Origin: Elusimicrobiota bacterium
GTDB lineage: Bacteria > Elusimicrobiota > Elusimicrobia > Elusimicrobiales > UBA9959
DNA: 64,000 nt
Reading direction: 5' to 3'
NCBI GenBank assembly: GCA_036574205.1
Contig: JAINCQ010000018.1
Span: forward strand, 32,001 to 96,000
Part shown: positions 9,636 through 20,130 of the stretch, one piece after another
Numbering within the stretch: the first letter of the stretch is position 1
Layout of the letters: the number at the start of each line of letters is the position of its first letter
The notes under the pieces: model-generated
Database searches by the model: none
Told to the model about the DNA's origin: nothing
What the model saw: only the letters and a program-made list of their open reading frames with translations
Position numbers and translations under genes: made by a program

Positions 9636-11881
9636 GGCAAGAGATTAAAAAAATAATCGAGAAAGCAGACAATGAGGGAAGGAAAAGTTTAACTGAGGTG
9701 GAAGTTTATGAAATATTTAAAATTCTTGAACTTAATGTTCCTGAATATATTTATGCTTGTAAAAAAGACATTGAGGTGAAATCATTTTCAAGAAGGATTT
9801 TTGATTTAATTAATACTAATAAAGTTGTTATAAAAATAGTTTCATCTACTAATATTCATAAAACAGATAGTGGAGGAGTAAAAATAGTTGAAAAGGAAAT
9901 TACCAAAATAGAAAAGGTAGTAAAAGAGTTATTGGAATTTAAAGATATAGATGGAATAATGGCTATTGAGTTTATTGATCATTGTCCTTTTGCGCTTGGA
10001 GAAGAACTTCTTTTAGGAGCAAGAGCTGATGATGCGTATGGTCCGATTCTGGTGATTGGTCCCGGTGGAACACATACAGAAAGTTTTGTTAAAGTGCTTA
10101 AATCAAATGTTGCTCCATCTTTTATATCTATTGTTGATTTAGATAGCGCTAAGATTAAGAAATTTATAGAAGATTCATGGATATTAAAGTATTGTCTTGG
10201 TGGGGTAAGAGGAGTAAAACCTCTTACAACATTCAAAGAGATTGAAAATTGGATAAATAAAATAGTCTTCTTGATGAAAAATTTTAGTAATCTTGAGTCT
10301 GACGATTATTTAATAGAGGAAGTTGAAATAAATCCACTTGCTTTAAACAATAAAAAGTTTTATGCCCTTGATGGAGTTTTAAGATTTAAAAAGAAAAAGA
10401 GTACTAAAAGGGTTATACCATCTGATCAGGCAATTAAAAGTATATTAGAACCAAAGACAATTGGGGTTATTGGAGTAAGTGAAAAAAAGATGAATATGGC
10501 AAGAATAATATTGAATAATACTATAAGAGCAGGTTTTCCAAAAGAAAACATCTTCGTGATAAAAGACGGAGTTTCAGAGATAGATGGCGTTAAAGCTTAT
10601 CCTACTATTTTTGATGTTCCAAAGGAAATAGATATGTATGTTATTGCTGTTCCTGTGGAAAATGTTATAGAAGTTATTGAGGATGCGGCTAAGTCTATGA
10701 AAGTTAATGGGGTAGTCTTAATAACTGGTGGAATAGGCGAAAAAAGTGGAAGCGAGGATGTGGCAAAAAAACTTTACTCAGTTATAAATATCGCAAGAGA
10801 AAAAAATCCTAAATTTTCCTTAAATGGTGGAAATTGTATGGGGATAGTATTAAACAAAGCAATGGTTAATACTTTTTTCATACCTGAGTATAAAATGAAA
10901 TATCCGCTTGGACATAATCCTGATATGGTAAAAACAGCTTTTGTAAGTCAAAGTGGAGCCTTTGTTATAGCGACACTAACAAAGATTCCTCATATAATAC
11001 CGGATTATACAATAACTGTCGGAAACCAGCAGGATTTAACAGTTGTTGATTATCTTGATTATTTTTCAAGGCAGGATGATCTTAAAGTTATTCTTGGATA
11101 TATAGAGGGTTTTAAAAATATGGATGGGTTAAGGCTTATAAATATTATAAGAAGAGCGAAAGAAAGTGGGAAGATTGTGATTTTGTATAAAGCTGGCAGA
11201 ACCCCTGTAGGTCAAAAAGCTGTAATGGGGCATACCGCTTCTATAGCAGGAGATTATTTAGTTTCAAAAAATCTTCTTTCTGGATCTGGCGCTATTGTCT
11301 GTGAAGATTTTGAAGAGTTTTGCGATATTGCATATCTTGCTTGTTATTATTCAAAATATGAAATAAAAACAAAAAATTGTTTTATGATGAGCAATGCTGG
11401 CTTTGAAACTACTGGAATGGGTGATAATATATCAATTCTTCAAACCCATCCCCCCTCCCCATTACTTGCTACAAAAGTTTTAGATGTTATGAAAAAATAT
11501 AAACTTGATTCCATATCAGATTTTAAAAATCCTATGGATACCACACCAATGGCAAATGATGATGCGATATCTGAGTTAATTGAAAATATTGCGGCAGATG
11601 ATATGTATTCATCTATTTTTGTTTCTATGGTACCTTTAACTCCTAATCTCAATACCCTTAAAGATTCTAATGAATATCCGGACAAACTAGAAAAATCTTT
11701 TATTGTAAAAACTGCGGAGGTTATGAAAAAAAATAAAAAACCGATAGTTTTATGTGTTTCAAGCGGCAATCTTTATGAACCTTATATTGATTTTGCTATA
11801 AAGCATGGCTTCGTAGTTTTTAGAAATGCTGATAGAATGGTGAAGATGTTTGAAAAATATTTATCTAATGTTGAAAATTGA
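9632..11881 (+). CDS. ADP-forming acyl/acetate-CoA ligase, fused, ATP-grasp (beta) before CoA-binding (alpha)
   Basis: N-terminal HKTD.GGV and EINPL; C-terminal GGNCMG, SQSGA, GHTASIAG, NPMD. Confidence 0.88.
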   Translation: MRQEIKKIIEKADNEGRKSLTEVEVYEIFKILELNVPEYIYACKKDIEVKSFSRRIFDLINTNKVVIKIVSSTNIHKTDSGGVKIVEKEITKIEKVVKELLEFKDIDGIMAIEFIDHCPFALGEELLLGARADDAYGPILVIGPGGTHTESFVKVLKSNVAPSFISIVDLDSAKIKKFIEDSWILKYCLGGVRGVKPLTTFKEIENWINKIVFLMKNFSNLESDDYLIEEVEINPLALNNKKFYALDGVLRFKKKKSTKRVIPSDQAIKSILEPKTIGVIGVSEKKMNMARIILNNTIRAGFPKENIFVIKDGVSEIDGVKAYPTIFDVPKEIDMYVIAVPVENVIEVIEDAAKSMKVNGVVLITGGIGEKSGSEDVAKKLYSVINIAREKNPKFSLNGGNCMGIVLNKAMVNTFFIPEYKMKYPLGHNPDMVKTAFVSQSGAFVIATLTKIPHIIPDYTITVGNQQDLTVVDYLDYFSRQDDLKVILGYIEGFKNMDGLRLINIIRRAKESGKIVILYKAGRTPVGQKAVMGHTASIAGDYLVSKNLLSGSGAIVCEDFEEFCDIAYLACYYSKYEIKTKNCFMMSNAGFETTGMGDNISILQTHPPSPLLATKVLDVMKKYKLDSISDFKNPMDTTPMANDDAISELIENIAADDMYSSIFVSMVPLTPNLNTLKDSNEYPDKLEKSFIVKTAEVMKKNKKPIVLCVSSGNLYEPYIDFAIKHGFVVFRNADRMVKMFEKYLSNVEN

Positions 11882-11919
11882 GTTTTAATATTTCTTTAAT
11901 TAAGGTTAAAAGGAGGAAT

Positions 11920-13080
11920 ATGGAAAATTTTGTGTATTCAAATCCTACGAAGATTATATTTGGTAAAAATAACCTTAAGAGAATAGGTCATGAGGCAGCT
12001 AAGTTTGGTAAAAAAGCGCTTGTTGTATATGGGATGGGGAGCATAAAAAGAAATGGAGTCTATGATATTGTTTTAAAAAGCTTATCTGAAAATGGCCTTG
12101 AGTTTGTTGAGTATGAAGGTGTTAAACCAAATCCAGTTCTTTCTCATGTTAAACCTGGAATTGAGAAATTCAAAAAAAATAGCTGCGACATGATAGTGGC
12201 TGTTGGCGGTGGAAGTGTGATAGATGAATCAAAAGCTATCTCTTCAGGTGTTTTTTATAATGGAGATGTTTGGGATTTTTTTACTGGAAAGGCAAAAATA
12301 GAGAAAGCGGCGCCTGTTATTGTTGCTTTAACTATTCCAGCTACGGGTTCTGAATCAAATAGTGGTTGTGTCATAACTAAAGAAGAAACGAAGCAGAAAT
12401 ATTCTGCGCATTCTCCACATCTTTTTCCAAAAGTCTCAATACTTGATCCATCAATTACATTTTCTATTCCAAAAGAGCAAACTGCATATGGAGCAGTGGA
12501 TATAATATCACATGTACTTGAAGGATATTTTACGACAAAAGATATAAACTCCATCATAACAGATAATTATGTTTATGCAATAGTAAAATCAGTTATTTTA
12601 TTGACTGAAAAAATACTTGAAAATCCCGAGGATTATAATGCAAGAGCTTCTTTTATGTGGACAGCAACTCTTGCGTTAAATGGGATGCAATCTTTAGGAT
12701 ATAAAAATGTAGAGTTTGTAAACCATGTAATAGAGCATTCTCTAAGCGCTATATTTGATATTCCACACGGACTGGGTTTAAGTATAGTTTTAAGTGGTTT
12801 TCTTAAACGTTTAATGAATAGAGGTGGAAAATTAAGGATTGCAGAGTTTGGAAAAAATATATTTCAGTTGAGGGGTTCTATTGAAGAAATTTCAAAGGAA
12901 ACTGTTTTTAAAATGGAAGAGTGGTTTAGAAAGATAGGGCTTAAAACTAAGCTTTCTGAAAATGGAATTTTAGAGAAAGATTTTATAACTGTGGCAGATA
13001 ATGCTTGTGAGCTTGGAAAGTTATGGGGTTGGAGCTATGAAAAAAAAGATGTTATTGAAATTTTAAATTTCCAAAAGTAA
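11920..13080 (+). CDS. Iron-containing alcohol dehydrogenase (butanol dehydrogenase-like)
   Basis: AGGAGG RBS before ATG 11920; NPTKIIFG, GGGSVID, PATGSE, H.IEH.LSA..DIPHG.GL. Confidence 0.92.
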   Translation: MENFVYSNPTKIIFGKNNLKRIGHEAAKFGKKALVVYGMGSIKRNGVYDIVLKSLSENGLEFVEYEGVKPNPVLSHVKPGIEKFKKNSCDMIVAVGGGSVIDESKAISSGVFYNGDVWDFFTGKAKIEKAAPVIVALTIPATGSESNSGCVITKEETKQKYSAHSPHLFPKVSILDPSITFSIPKEQTAYGAVDIISHVLEGYFTTKDINSIITDNYVYAIVKSVILLTEKILENPEDYNARASFMWTATLALNGMQSLGYKNVEFVNHVIEHSLSAIFDIPHGLGLSIVLSGFLKRLMNRGGKLRIAEFGKNIFQLRGSIEEISKETVFKMEEWFRKIGLKTKLSENGILEKDFITVADNACELGKLWGWSYEKKDVIEILNFQK

Positions 13081-13151
13081 ATCTATTTTGTAAATTTAAC
13101 ATTAAATATCATATACAAGAAAGAGGGATAAGCATAAATTTGGTGAGTTAT

Positions 13152-14462
13152 TTAAAGTCTCCAGTATGTAAATCCTTTTGCTATCGCTTTTTCTTTATCA
13201 AAAACTCCTTTTACATCTATTAATGTTGGTTTTTTAGAAGATATATTTTTAATTTTATCAAGGCTAAAGTTATCAATTATAATGTTGTGTTTTACTGCAA
13301 ATATTACAGCATCATATGGTTTTCCATAATTTACATCTTTAGATAGTTTTATCCCGTATTCTTTTTCTACTTCTTCAGGATAAGCCATGGGGTCATATAC
13401 ATAAATATTAACTCCATATTTCTTAAGTTCATTATATATATCAACAACTTTGCTATTTCTTATATCAGATATATTTTCTTTAAATGTTAATCCAAGGATT
13501 AAAACCTTACTGTTTCTAATTGTCTTACCTGATTTTATCATCATTTTTACAGTATTTTCTGCTACATACTTACCCATTGAATCATTAACCCTTCTACCGC
13601 TAAGTATAACCTCAGGGTGATGTCCTATGCTTTGCGCTTTAAATGTAAGATAATATGGGTCAACTCCTATACAATGTCCACCGACAAGCCCTGGTTCAAA
13701 CCTCAAAAAATTCCATTTTGTTGAAGCTGCTTCAAGTACTTCTTTAGTATCAATCCCCATTTTGTTGAATATCATAGAAAGTTCGTTTATTAAAGCAATA
13801 TTTAGGTCCCTTTGCGTGTTTTCTATAACTTTTGCCGCTTCAGCAGTTTTTATATTAGGAGCTTTATGTATTCCAGCTTTTATTACTTCTCCGTAAAGCC
13901 TGGCTAAAAATTCTGTGGTGTCTTTTGTATCACCGGCTACCACTTTTTTAATTTTATCAACTGTATGTTCTATATCTCCGGGGTTTACCCTTTCTGGTGA
14001 GTATCCCACAAAAAAATCTTTTTTCCATTTTAAGCCACTTTCTTTTTCAAGAATTGGCACACATTCTTCTTCTGTAAGTCCCGGATAGACTGTTGACTCA
14101 TATACTATAATAGAGCCTTTTGAGATATACTTTCCAACAGTTTCTGTTGCTGAAAATACAGGTTTAAGGTCTGGAATATTATGCGAGTCTATAGGAGTTG
14201 GAACAGTTATTATAAAAACTTTTGCCTCTTTTAATTTTTGAGGATTGTCAGTAAAAAAAATTTTAGAGTTCTTTAAAGTTTCTGTTTTGACTTCTCTTGT
14301 TTTATCTATTCCTTTTTTTAGCTCTTCTATCCTTTTTGAATTTATATCAAAGCCAATGACATTATATTCCTTTGCAAATAAAGCTGCCATTGGCAGACCG
14401 ACATACCCAAGCCCTATAACAGCTATTTTGTCCTTTTCTTTTTCAAAAATTATCTCTTTCAT
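13152..14462 (-). CDS. UDP-N-acetylhexosamine 6-dehydrogenase (WbpO/TviB-like)
   Basis: GLGYVG, ESTVYPG, YSPERVNPG, GLVGGHCIGVDPYYL. Confidence 0.92.
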   Translation of the reverse strand: MKEIIFEKEKDKIAVIGLGYVGLPMAALFAKEYNVIGFDINSKRIEELKKGIDKTREVKTETLKNSKIFFTDNPQKLKEAKVFIITVPTPIDSHNIPDLKPVFSATETVGKYISKGSIIVYESTVYPGLTEEECVPILEKESGLKWKKDFFVGYSPERVNPGDIEHTVDKIKKVVAGDTKDTTEFLARLYGEVIKAGIHKAPNIKTAEAAKVIENTQRDLNIALINELSMIFNKMGIDTKEVLEAASTKWNFLRFEPGLVGGHCIGVDPYYLTFKAQSIGHHPEVILSGRRVNDSMGKYVAENTVKMMIKSGKTIRNSKVLILGLTFKENISDIRNSKVVDIYNELKKYGVNIYVYDPMAYPEEVEKEYGIKLSKDVNYGKPYDAVIFAVKHNIIIDNFSLDKIKNISSKKPTLIDVKGVFDKEKAIAKGFTYWRL

Positions 14463-14471
14463 AATATAATT

Positions 14472-15602
14472 TTACAATTTTTCTTTTATTAATTTTTTAT
14501 ATATTTGCAATGTATTATTAACCATCGCATCAAGAGTAAATTTATCTCTTATTGTTAAAACAGCATTTTTTGAAAATCTTTCTCTTAAACTGGTATTATT
14601 AATCAAAATTTCAATCTTTTGACTGAGTTCCATATAGTTTCCCGGTTCGAATAAAAAGCCATTAAACCCATCTTTTAATATCTCAGGATTTCCATAAAGA
14701 TTACCTGCAATTACTGGTATTCCACATGCTAAAGACTCCCTTACTACTCCACTTAAAGCTTCTTTAATACTTGAATTGATACTTATGTCGGTAATGTTCA
14801 ATATTTTTTCTACATCATGCCTTAAACCTAAAAAAACCCCATTTGATAAATCTATGTTATTTTTGATAAAAAGCTCTTTTATTTCTTTGCTATCTGTTTT
14901 CATCCCTGCAAATAAAAGTTTAAATTTATAACCTTTGTCATACAAAATTTTTGCCGCTTTAATTAAATACACCTGCCCTTTTTCATCGCTAAAATTGCCT
15001 ATAAGAGATATCACAAAATCATCATAATTTAAACCTAATGACTTTTTAAACTCAATATCTTTTTGTCGGGGATAAAATTTTTTTGTATCTACCCCGCTAT
15101 ATACTACATAAATTTTTTCTTGTTTTATACCGTAGTCAATTAAAATTTTCTTTACAGCCTCACATACAGCAATATAAGCATTAACATCCTTTGATTTATA
15201 TCTTATTAAAGCAAATAAATTTTTAGGTATTTGATGGGCTACCCTTCTTGAAACAACTAAAATAGGTTTTTTAGTTGAAATTTTTTTTACCCAAAACGAG
15301 TAATGATGTGCCTTTGAATGATGGGCATGAATTATATCAAAATCATTGGTTTCTATTATTTTTTTAAGATTTAAAATTGTCTTGAAATCAAGACTCCCCT
15401 TCGGCGCAAAATCAAAAACCTCTATATTTTGTTCTTTTGCCAATTTATATAAAATTCCACTTGATGGCGTTGCAATGAAAGATTTATGGTTTAAAAGATT
15501 AAGTTCTTTTGCAAGGGAAAGAGCTTGATTTACGCCTCCTGAAAAACCACTTGATTCAGTTATATGGAGTATATTGAGCTTTTTATTTTCATTCATTTCC
15601 AC
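14472..15602 (-). CDS. GT4 family glycosyltransferase
   Basis: DIIHAH, E-x7-E (EALSGVVRE), G.PEI..DG.NGFL. Confidence 0.88.
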   Translation of the reverse strand: MEMNENKKLNILHITESSGFSGGVNQALSLAKELNLLNHKSFIATPSSGILYKLAKEQNIEVFDFAPKGSLDFKTILNLKKIIETNDFDIIHAHHSKAHHYSFWVKKISTKKPILVVSRRVAHQIPKNLFALIRYKSKDVNAYIAVCEAVKKILIDYGIKQEKIYVVYSGVDTKKFYPRQKDIEFKKSLGLNYDDFVISLIGNFSDEKGQVYLIKAAKILYDKGYKFKLLFAGMKTDSKEIKELFIKNNIDLSNGVFLGLRHDVEKILNITDISINSSIKEALSGVVRESLACGIPVIAGNLYGNPEILKDGFNGFLFEPGNYMELSQKIEILINNTSLRERFSKNAVLTIRDKFTLDAMVNNTLQIYKKLIKEKL

Positions 15603-16542
15603 TGGCCTTTCTTATCCTGTCCATTATCGCTAATCCAATTCCTTTTTCTGGCACTTTTTGTATATATATCTGTTTTGCTTTTGATTCTTCCGCTAAATGA
15701 AGGATTTCAAAAAGATTTGAAGCAGCTTCTATTAAATTACCATCTTTGGAAAGTCTTGCTGAAAAAAGATAATTCTTTGAAGGTTTTTTGTAAAAAGATA
15801 TGTATGCAGATTCTTCAGGTTTTTTAATATCTTTTTCACCGTTTACTATTATAAGTTTTTTATCTGGGGAATAGTGTTTTTTTATTTGACCTGGCGCTTC
15901 TATAATTTTTTTATTTGGCTTTTTTAATTTTTTCCCAATGATTTTTTCTATTTTTTCTTTCTCAATTGCTCCAGGTCTTAGCAAATAATAATTTCCTTTT
16001 TCATATTTTATTATTGTGGATTCAATACCATAAACTGTTTTTTTACCGTCTATTATTGGTATATCTTTGCCAAGTTGTTTTAGGATATGAGATGGTGATG
16101 TTGGGCTCAATTTTGAAAATTTATTTGCGCTTGGAGCAGCAATAAATTTTTTAGAAAGTTTTATAAGTTCAAGAGCAATTTTATTATCCGGCATTCTTAC
16201 AGCTACAGTTCCCATAGATGCTGTAACTATATCCGGCACGATTTTCTTCTTTGGAAGTATTATGGTTAATGGCCCAGGCCATAATTTTTGTGTCAGCCTT
16301 AAAATTTTATTTGGGACATGGGATGCTAATTTAAATAAATCAGGTTTATTGGCTATATGGATTATTAAAGGGTCAAATCTTGGTCTTTTTTTTATATTAA
16401 ATATTTTTAAGACTGCATTTTCGTTGAAAGCATCCGCTCCAAGTCCATATACTGTTTCTGTAGGGAAAGCAACTACCCCCCCTTTTTTTATTATCAAAGC
16501 GCATTTTTTTATGTTTTTAAAAGTAGCTTTTAAGACAGGCAT
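15589..16542 (-). CDS. sua5: L-threonylcarbamoyladenylate synthase (Sua5 type)
   Basis: FPTETVYGLGA, K.RP..DPLI.H, APSAN, SUA5-domain APG...HY. Confidence 0.93.
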   Translation of the reverse strand: MPVLKATFKNIKKCALIIKKGGVVAFPTETVYGLGADAFNENAVLKIFNIKKRPRFDPLIIHIANKPDLFKLASHVPNKILRLTQKLWPGPLTIILPKKKIVPDIVTASMGTVAVRMPDNKIALELIKLSKKFIAAPSANKFSKLSPTSPSHILKQLGKDIPIIDGKKTVYGIESTIIKYEKGNYYLLRPGAIEKEKIEKIIGKKLKKPNKKIIEAPGQIKKHYSPDKKLIIVNGEKDIKKPEESAYISFYKKPSKNYLFSARLSKDGNLIEAASNLFEILHLAEESKAKQIYIQKVPEKGIGLAIMDRIRKASGNE

Positions 16543-16543
16543 T

Positions 16544-17023
16544 TTAAATATGAAGTTCTTTATTCTTTGTAATTATTTTTTCTCTTGCTTCTTGTCTTTT
16601 TTGTTCGATTTTTTTAGATAATTCAGGGTATTTAAGAGAAAGTATTTCTGCAGCAAGTATAGCAGCGTTTTTTGCTGCATCTATACCAACAGTTGCAACT
16701 GGCACACCCGCTGGCATATTAACTATAGATAAAAGCGAATCAATTCCATGTAATTTTACTTCAAAAGGTATTCCTATAACCGGGGCAGTTGTATAAGAGG
16801 CGACAACTCCGGGAAGATGAGCGCTAAGCCCTGCCCCGCAGATAAATAATTCTATACCTCTAGACTTTGCATTTTTTACAAACTCTGCTGTTTCATCCGG
16901 GGTTCTATGCGCTGAGAGTATTTTTAATTCAAAATCTATCTCAAATTCTTTAAGGGTTTTTATGCAATCATCTATTTTTGGAATATCTTTTTCACTTCCA
17001 ACAATTATAGCCAGTTTTGGCAT
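16544..17023 (-). CDS. purE: N5-CAIR mutase
   Basis: SAHRTP, AHLPGVVA, MPAGVPVATV. Confidence 0.96.
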   Translation of the reverse strand: MPKLAIIVGSEKDIPKIDDCIKTLKEFEIDFELKILSAHRTPDETAEFVKNAKSRGIELFICGAGLSAHLPGVVASYTTAPVIGIPFEVKLHGIDSLLSIVNMPAGVPVATVGIDAAKNAAILAAEILSLKYPELSKKIEQKRQEAREKIITKNKELHI

Positions 17024-17037
17024 AATATCTCCTCAAA

Positions 17038-17334
17038 TTAAAATAGCTTAATAGTTATAGATACAACAAATATCAAAATTATTATGTCGGTGGTAATTAA
17101 GAAGTAAAAAACCTTTTTTTGAAATTCCAAATCCTGCCTTATTAGATCAACTTCTGCGCTTATTTTTGAAATAAGCTTTGCCTCTTCAATAATTAATTTT
17201 TCAAGGCTGTAAAAATCTTCTTTTTCTAAAGAATCTGGATTGATTTTTTTATTGATTGTATCTATTATTTTAGGCGCCGCCTTTGCTAAAATCAAAAAAG
17301 GAAGTTTTTCTGCCAATTTTTTAATAAAACTCAT
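17038..17334 (-). CDS. Hypothetical protein with C-terminal TM helix
   Basis: GGAGG RBS; coiled-coil-like segment then hydrophobic tail. Confidence 0.65.
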   Translation of the reverse strand: MSFIKKLAEKLPFLILAKAAPKIIDTINKKINPDSLEKEDFYSLEKLIIEEAKLISKISAEVDLIRQDLEFQKKVFYFLITTDIIILIFVVSITIKLF

Positions 17335-17372
17335 CTTTCCTCCATATTAAAATTTTACATAATTTTGAATTA

Positions 17373-18760
17373 TTATAACTTATTTTTATCTTGTGTATTC
17401 GTATAAAGATTATGTATTTTTCCTCTTTTAAGTGAGAAAAAAATTCCTGATAAAGATAAAATAGTAAAAATTAAGAAAGAGAAATTAAGAGACTTAATAA
17501 ATTCTTGTTGGTATTGTATAAATTGTTTGCCGCTCATAAAGATTGATATAGAAAGGCTTGCAATTCCCATAGAAAGTGATTGTCCTATTACTCTTGAGGT
17601 GGCAAGTATTCCTGAGGCAGTTGTGTAATCTTCTTTTTGCGCCGAACTCATAACAGCATTTGTATTTGGAGAACTAAAAAGTCCAAAACCAATTCCAGCG
17701 ATTAAAAGAATAAGTATTACATAATTTATAGATGAGCCTGACCCTAAAAAACAAAGCATTAAAAGCGATAAAGTGGTTATTCCCATACCCAAAGATGATA
17801 TTAATTGAGGTTCTTTTGAGTCAGACAATTTCCCGGCAAATGGAGATATTATACACATAATTAAAGGTTGAACTAATAGTATACTTCCTGCTTTTTTAGG
17901 TGTCATAGAATGAATACTCTGAAGATATATGCTTAAAAAAAATGTTATTGCGCTTGTTGCGGTATAATTTATAATGGCTGCTAAATTTGAAAAAATGAAA
18001 GGAGTATTGTTTTTAAATTTTAGTATATTTATGATATGATATTTCGAGATCTTTTCAATAGAATAAACTATATATAAAAAGAGAAATGAAATTAAAAAGA
18101 TGAAAACTCCATCTGGAGTATTTATCCTGGAAACCCCATAGATAAATGAAAATAAAAAAACAGAATAAAATATTATTTCTTTAAAATTAATTTTTTCTTC
18201 TTTTTTTACTTCTTCAAATCTTACCTTGCTTTTTCCAATTAAAAATATAAATAGGTTTATAAATCCTGCTATAAAAAAATTAAAGGCCAGCCATATTTAT
18301 TGATAATGAATCCTCCTAAAAAAGGTCCTAAAGAAAGCCCTAAATAAACAAAGCTTACATTTATACCTAAAATCTTTCCTCGACTCTCTTTTGGAAAAAT
18401 GCTTGCAAGTATAGCGGTTCCAGTTGAAAGAAAGATTCCCCCAGCTATTCCCTGAATTATTCTTGAAATTATCATTATTGTAAAATTTTTTGACAGAGCG
18501 CATAAAAAAGATGATAATGAGAATATTAAAACTCCTGATAAAAATACTTTTCTTTTCCCAAATATATCACTGATCTTTGCTGAAGGGATTAAAGATATTG
18601 CTGTCGAAAGGATGTAAGAAGTGATTATCCAGCTTGTTAGCGTGGATTGTGTATGCAGAGAATTTTCAATTGCGACAATTCCAACATTTACAGAAGATAT
18701 CATAAACGGATTTATAAAAGCTGTTATTGAGATTAAAATTAAAATAATATTTAGATTCAC
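17373..18760 (-). pseudogene. DHA2-type MFS efflux transporter with a 1-nt frameshift
   Basis: ORFs 18269-18760 and 17373-17906 join into one ~462-aa frame if the T7 run (plus-strand A7, 18273-18279) were T8; the shifted frame is open from there into the downstream ORF. Confidence 0.85.
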
Positions 18761-18763
18761 AGT

Positions 18764-19162
18764 TTAATGATTATTTAAGTATGTAATTGTTAATTGTAAT
18801 ATTGTAGCAAACAAAACCCAGAGTAAATATGGTATTTGAATATAACTAATCCATCGAATGTGTGGATATATAATAATAATTGCCCATATAAGTGTTATGA
18901 AGACCAGTAGAACATCTATTGCTGCAAGAAAATTATTTCTTAAACCAAATTGTAAAGGAGTAAAAGATAAGTTAAAGATTATATTAAGTATAAATGGTAA
19001 GGCAACAAGTTTGGGTAATTTGCCAATATATACTTTATAAAAAACTGTACCAAAAGATATAGTAATCAAGATATAAAGAATAGCCCATACTGGTCCAAAT
19101 ATCCAGCCTGGAGGAGCCCATGAAGGTTTAATTAAGGTTTGATACCAGAGATATTTTTCCAT
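18764..19162 (-). CDS. tspO: TspO/MBR tryptophan-rich sensory protein
   Basis: WYQTLIKPSWAPPGWIFGPVW, PYLLWVLFAT.L. Confidence 0.92.
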   Translation of the reverse strand: MEKYLWYQTLIKPSWAPPGWIFGPVWAILYILITISFGTVFYKVYIGKLPKLVALPFILNIIFNLSFTPLQFGLRNNFLAAIDVLLVFITLIWAIIIIYPHIRWISYIQIPYLLWVLFATILQLTITYLNNH

Positions 19163-19269
19163 AAGATATATTTTAGATTTTTATAAAAAATTTTCAAATT
19201 TTATAATAAGATAAAGAATAAAAATTAAAAAGTTTTAATAAAATTGAAGTGATGATAAGTTTAATAGGA

Positions 19270-19677
19270 AGTGGGATTCGGTCGCAAATAAAAATCGCTT
19301 GCCGCTCATTTTTTCTCAGACCCCCCTCCTCGCAAAACTGTAAGCACAAGTTTTGCTGCGGGCTTTCAAGTCACGCATAAGCCTGGTTGGCTTTGTGCGA
19401 CCCCGCCTCGTTCGCCTGCATAGCCCAAGGCGAACTGCGGCCTTGCGGCGTGGACGCGAAACCATTTAGGTTTCGCTCTAAAGCCACGCCTCACCCCGCG
19501 CAACAGTTTACCGCTTGTGCTTAGCAAAGCACGGAGAGAGTGGGATTCTCCCACAAATAAATTTTGCTCACCGCAAAATTTTTCGCGGGCCGCCCCTCGT
19601 CCGACTGAATAGTCCAGGTCGGACTGCGGGCTTTCGAATCCCCACGCGACAGCTTACCGCTGTCGCTTAGCAAAGCA
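19270..19677 (-). repeat. Structured trailer array downstream of tRNA-Ser (variant module A, duplicated 3' end, module B, module A, T-arm half copy)
   Basis: 19519-19548 repeats 19665-19694; 19270-19280 is a third T-arm half; homologous to the His and Arg trailers. Confidence 0.9.
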
Positions 19678-20119
<442 letters not shown>

Positions 20120-20130
20120 TATTAACTCTA

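Noticed and set aside
18269..18271. TAG readthrough or recoding in the split MFS gene
   Set aside because: The same frame meets TAA four codons later; the continuation is in a different frame.
442..19548. Prophage or genomic island integrated at the tRNAs
   Set aside because: The att-like duplications are only 145-146 bp apart, with no integrase or cargo between them.
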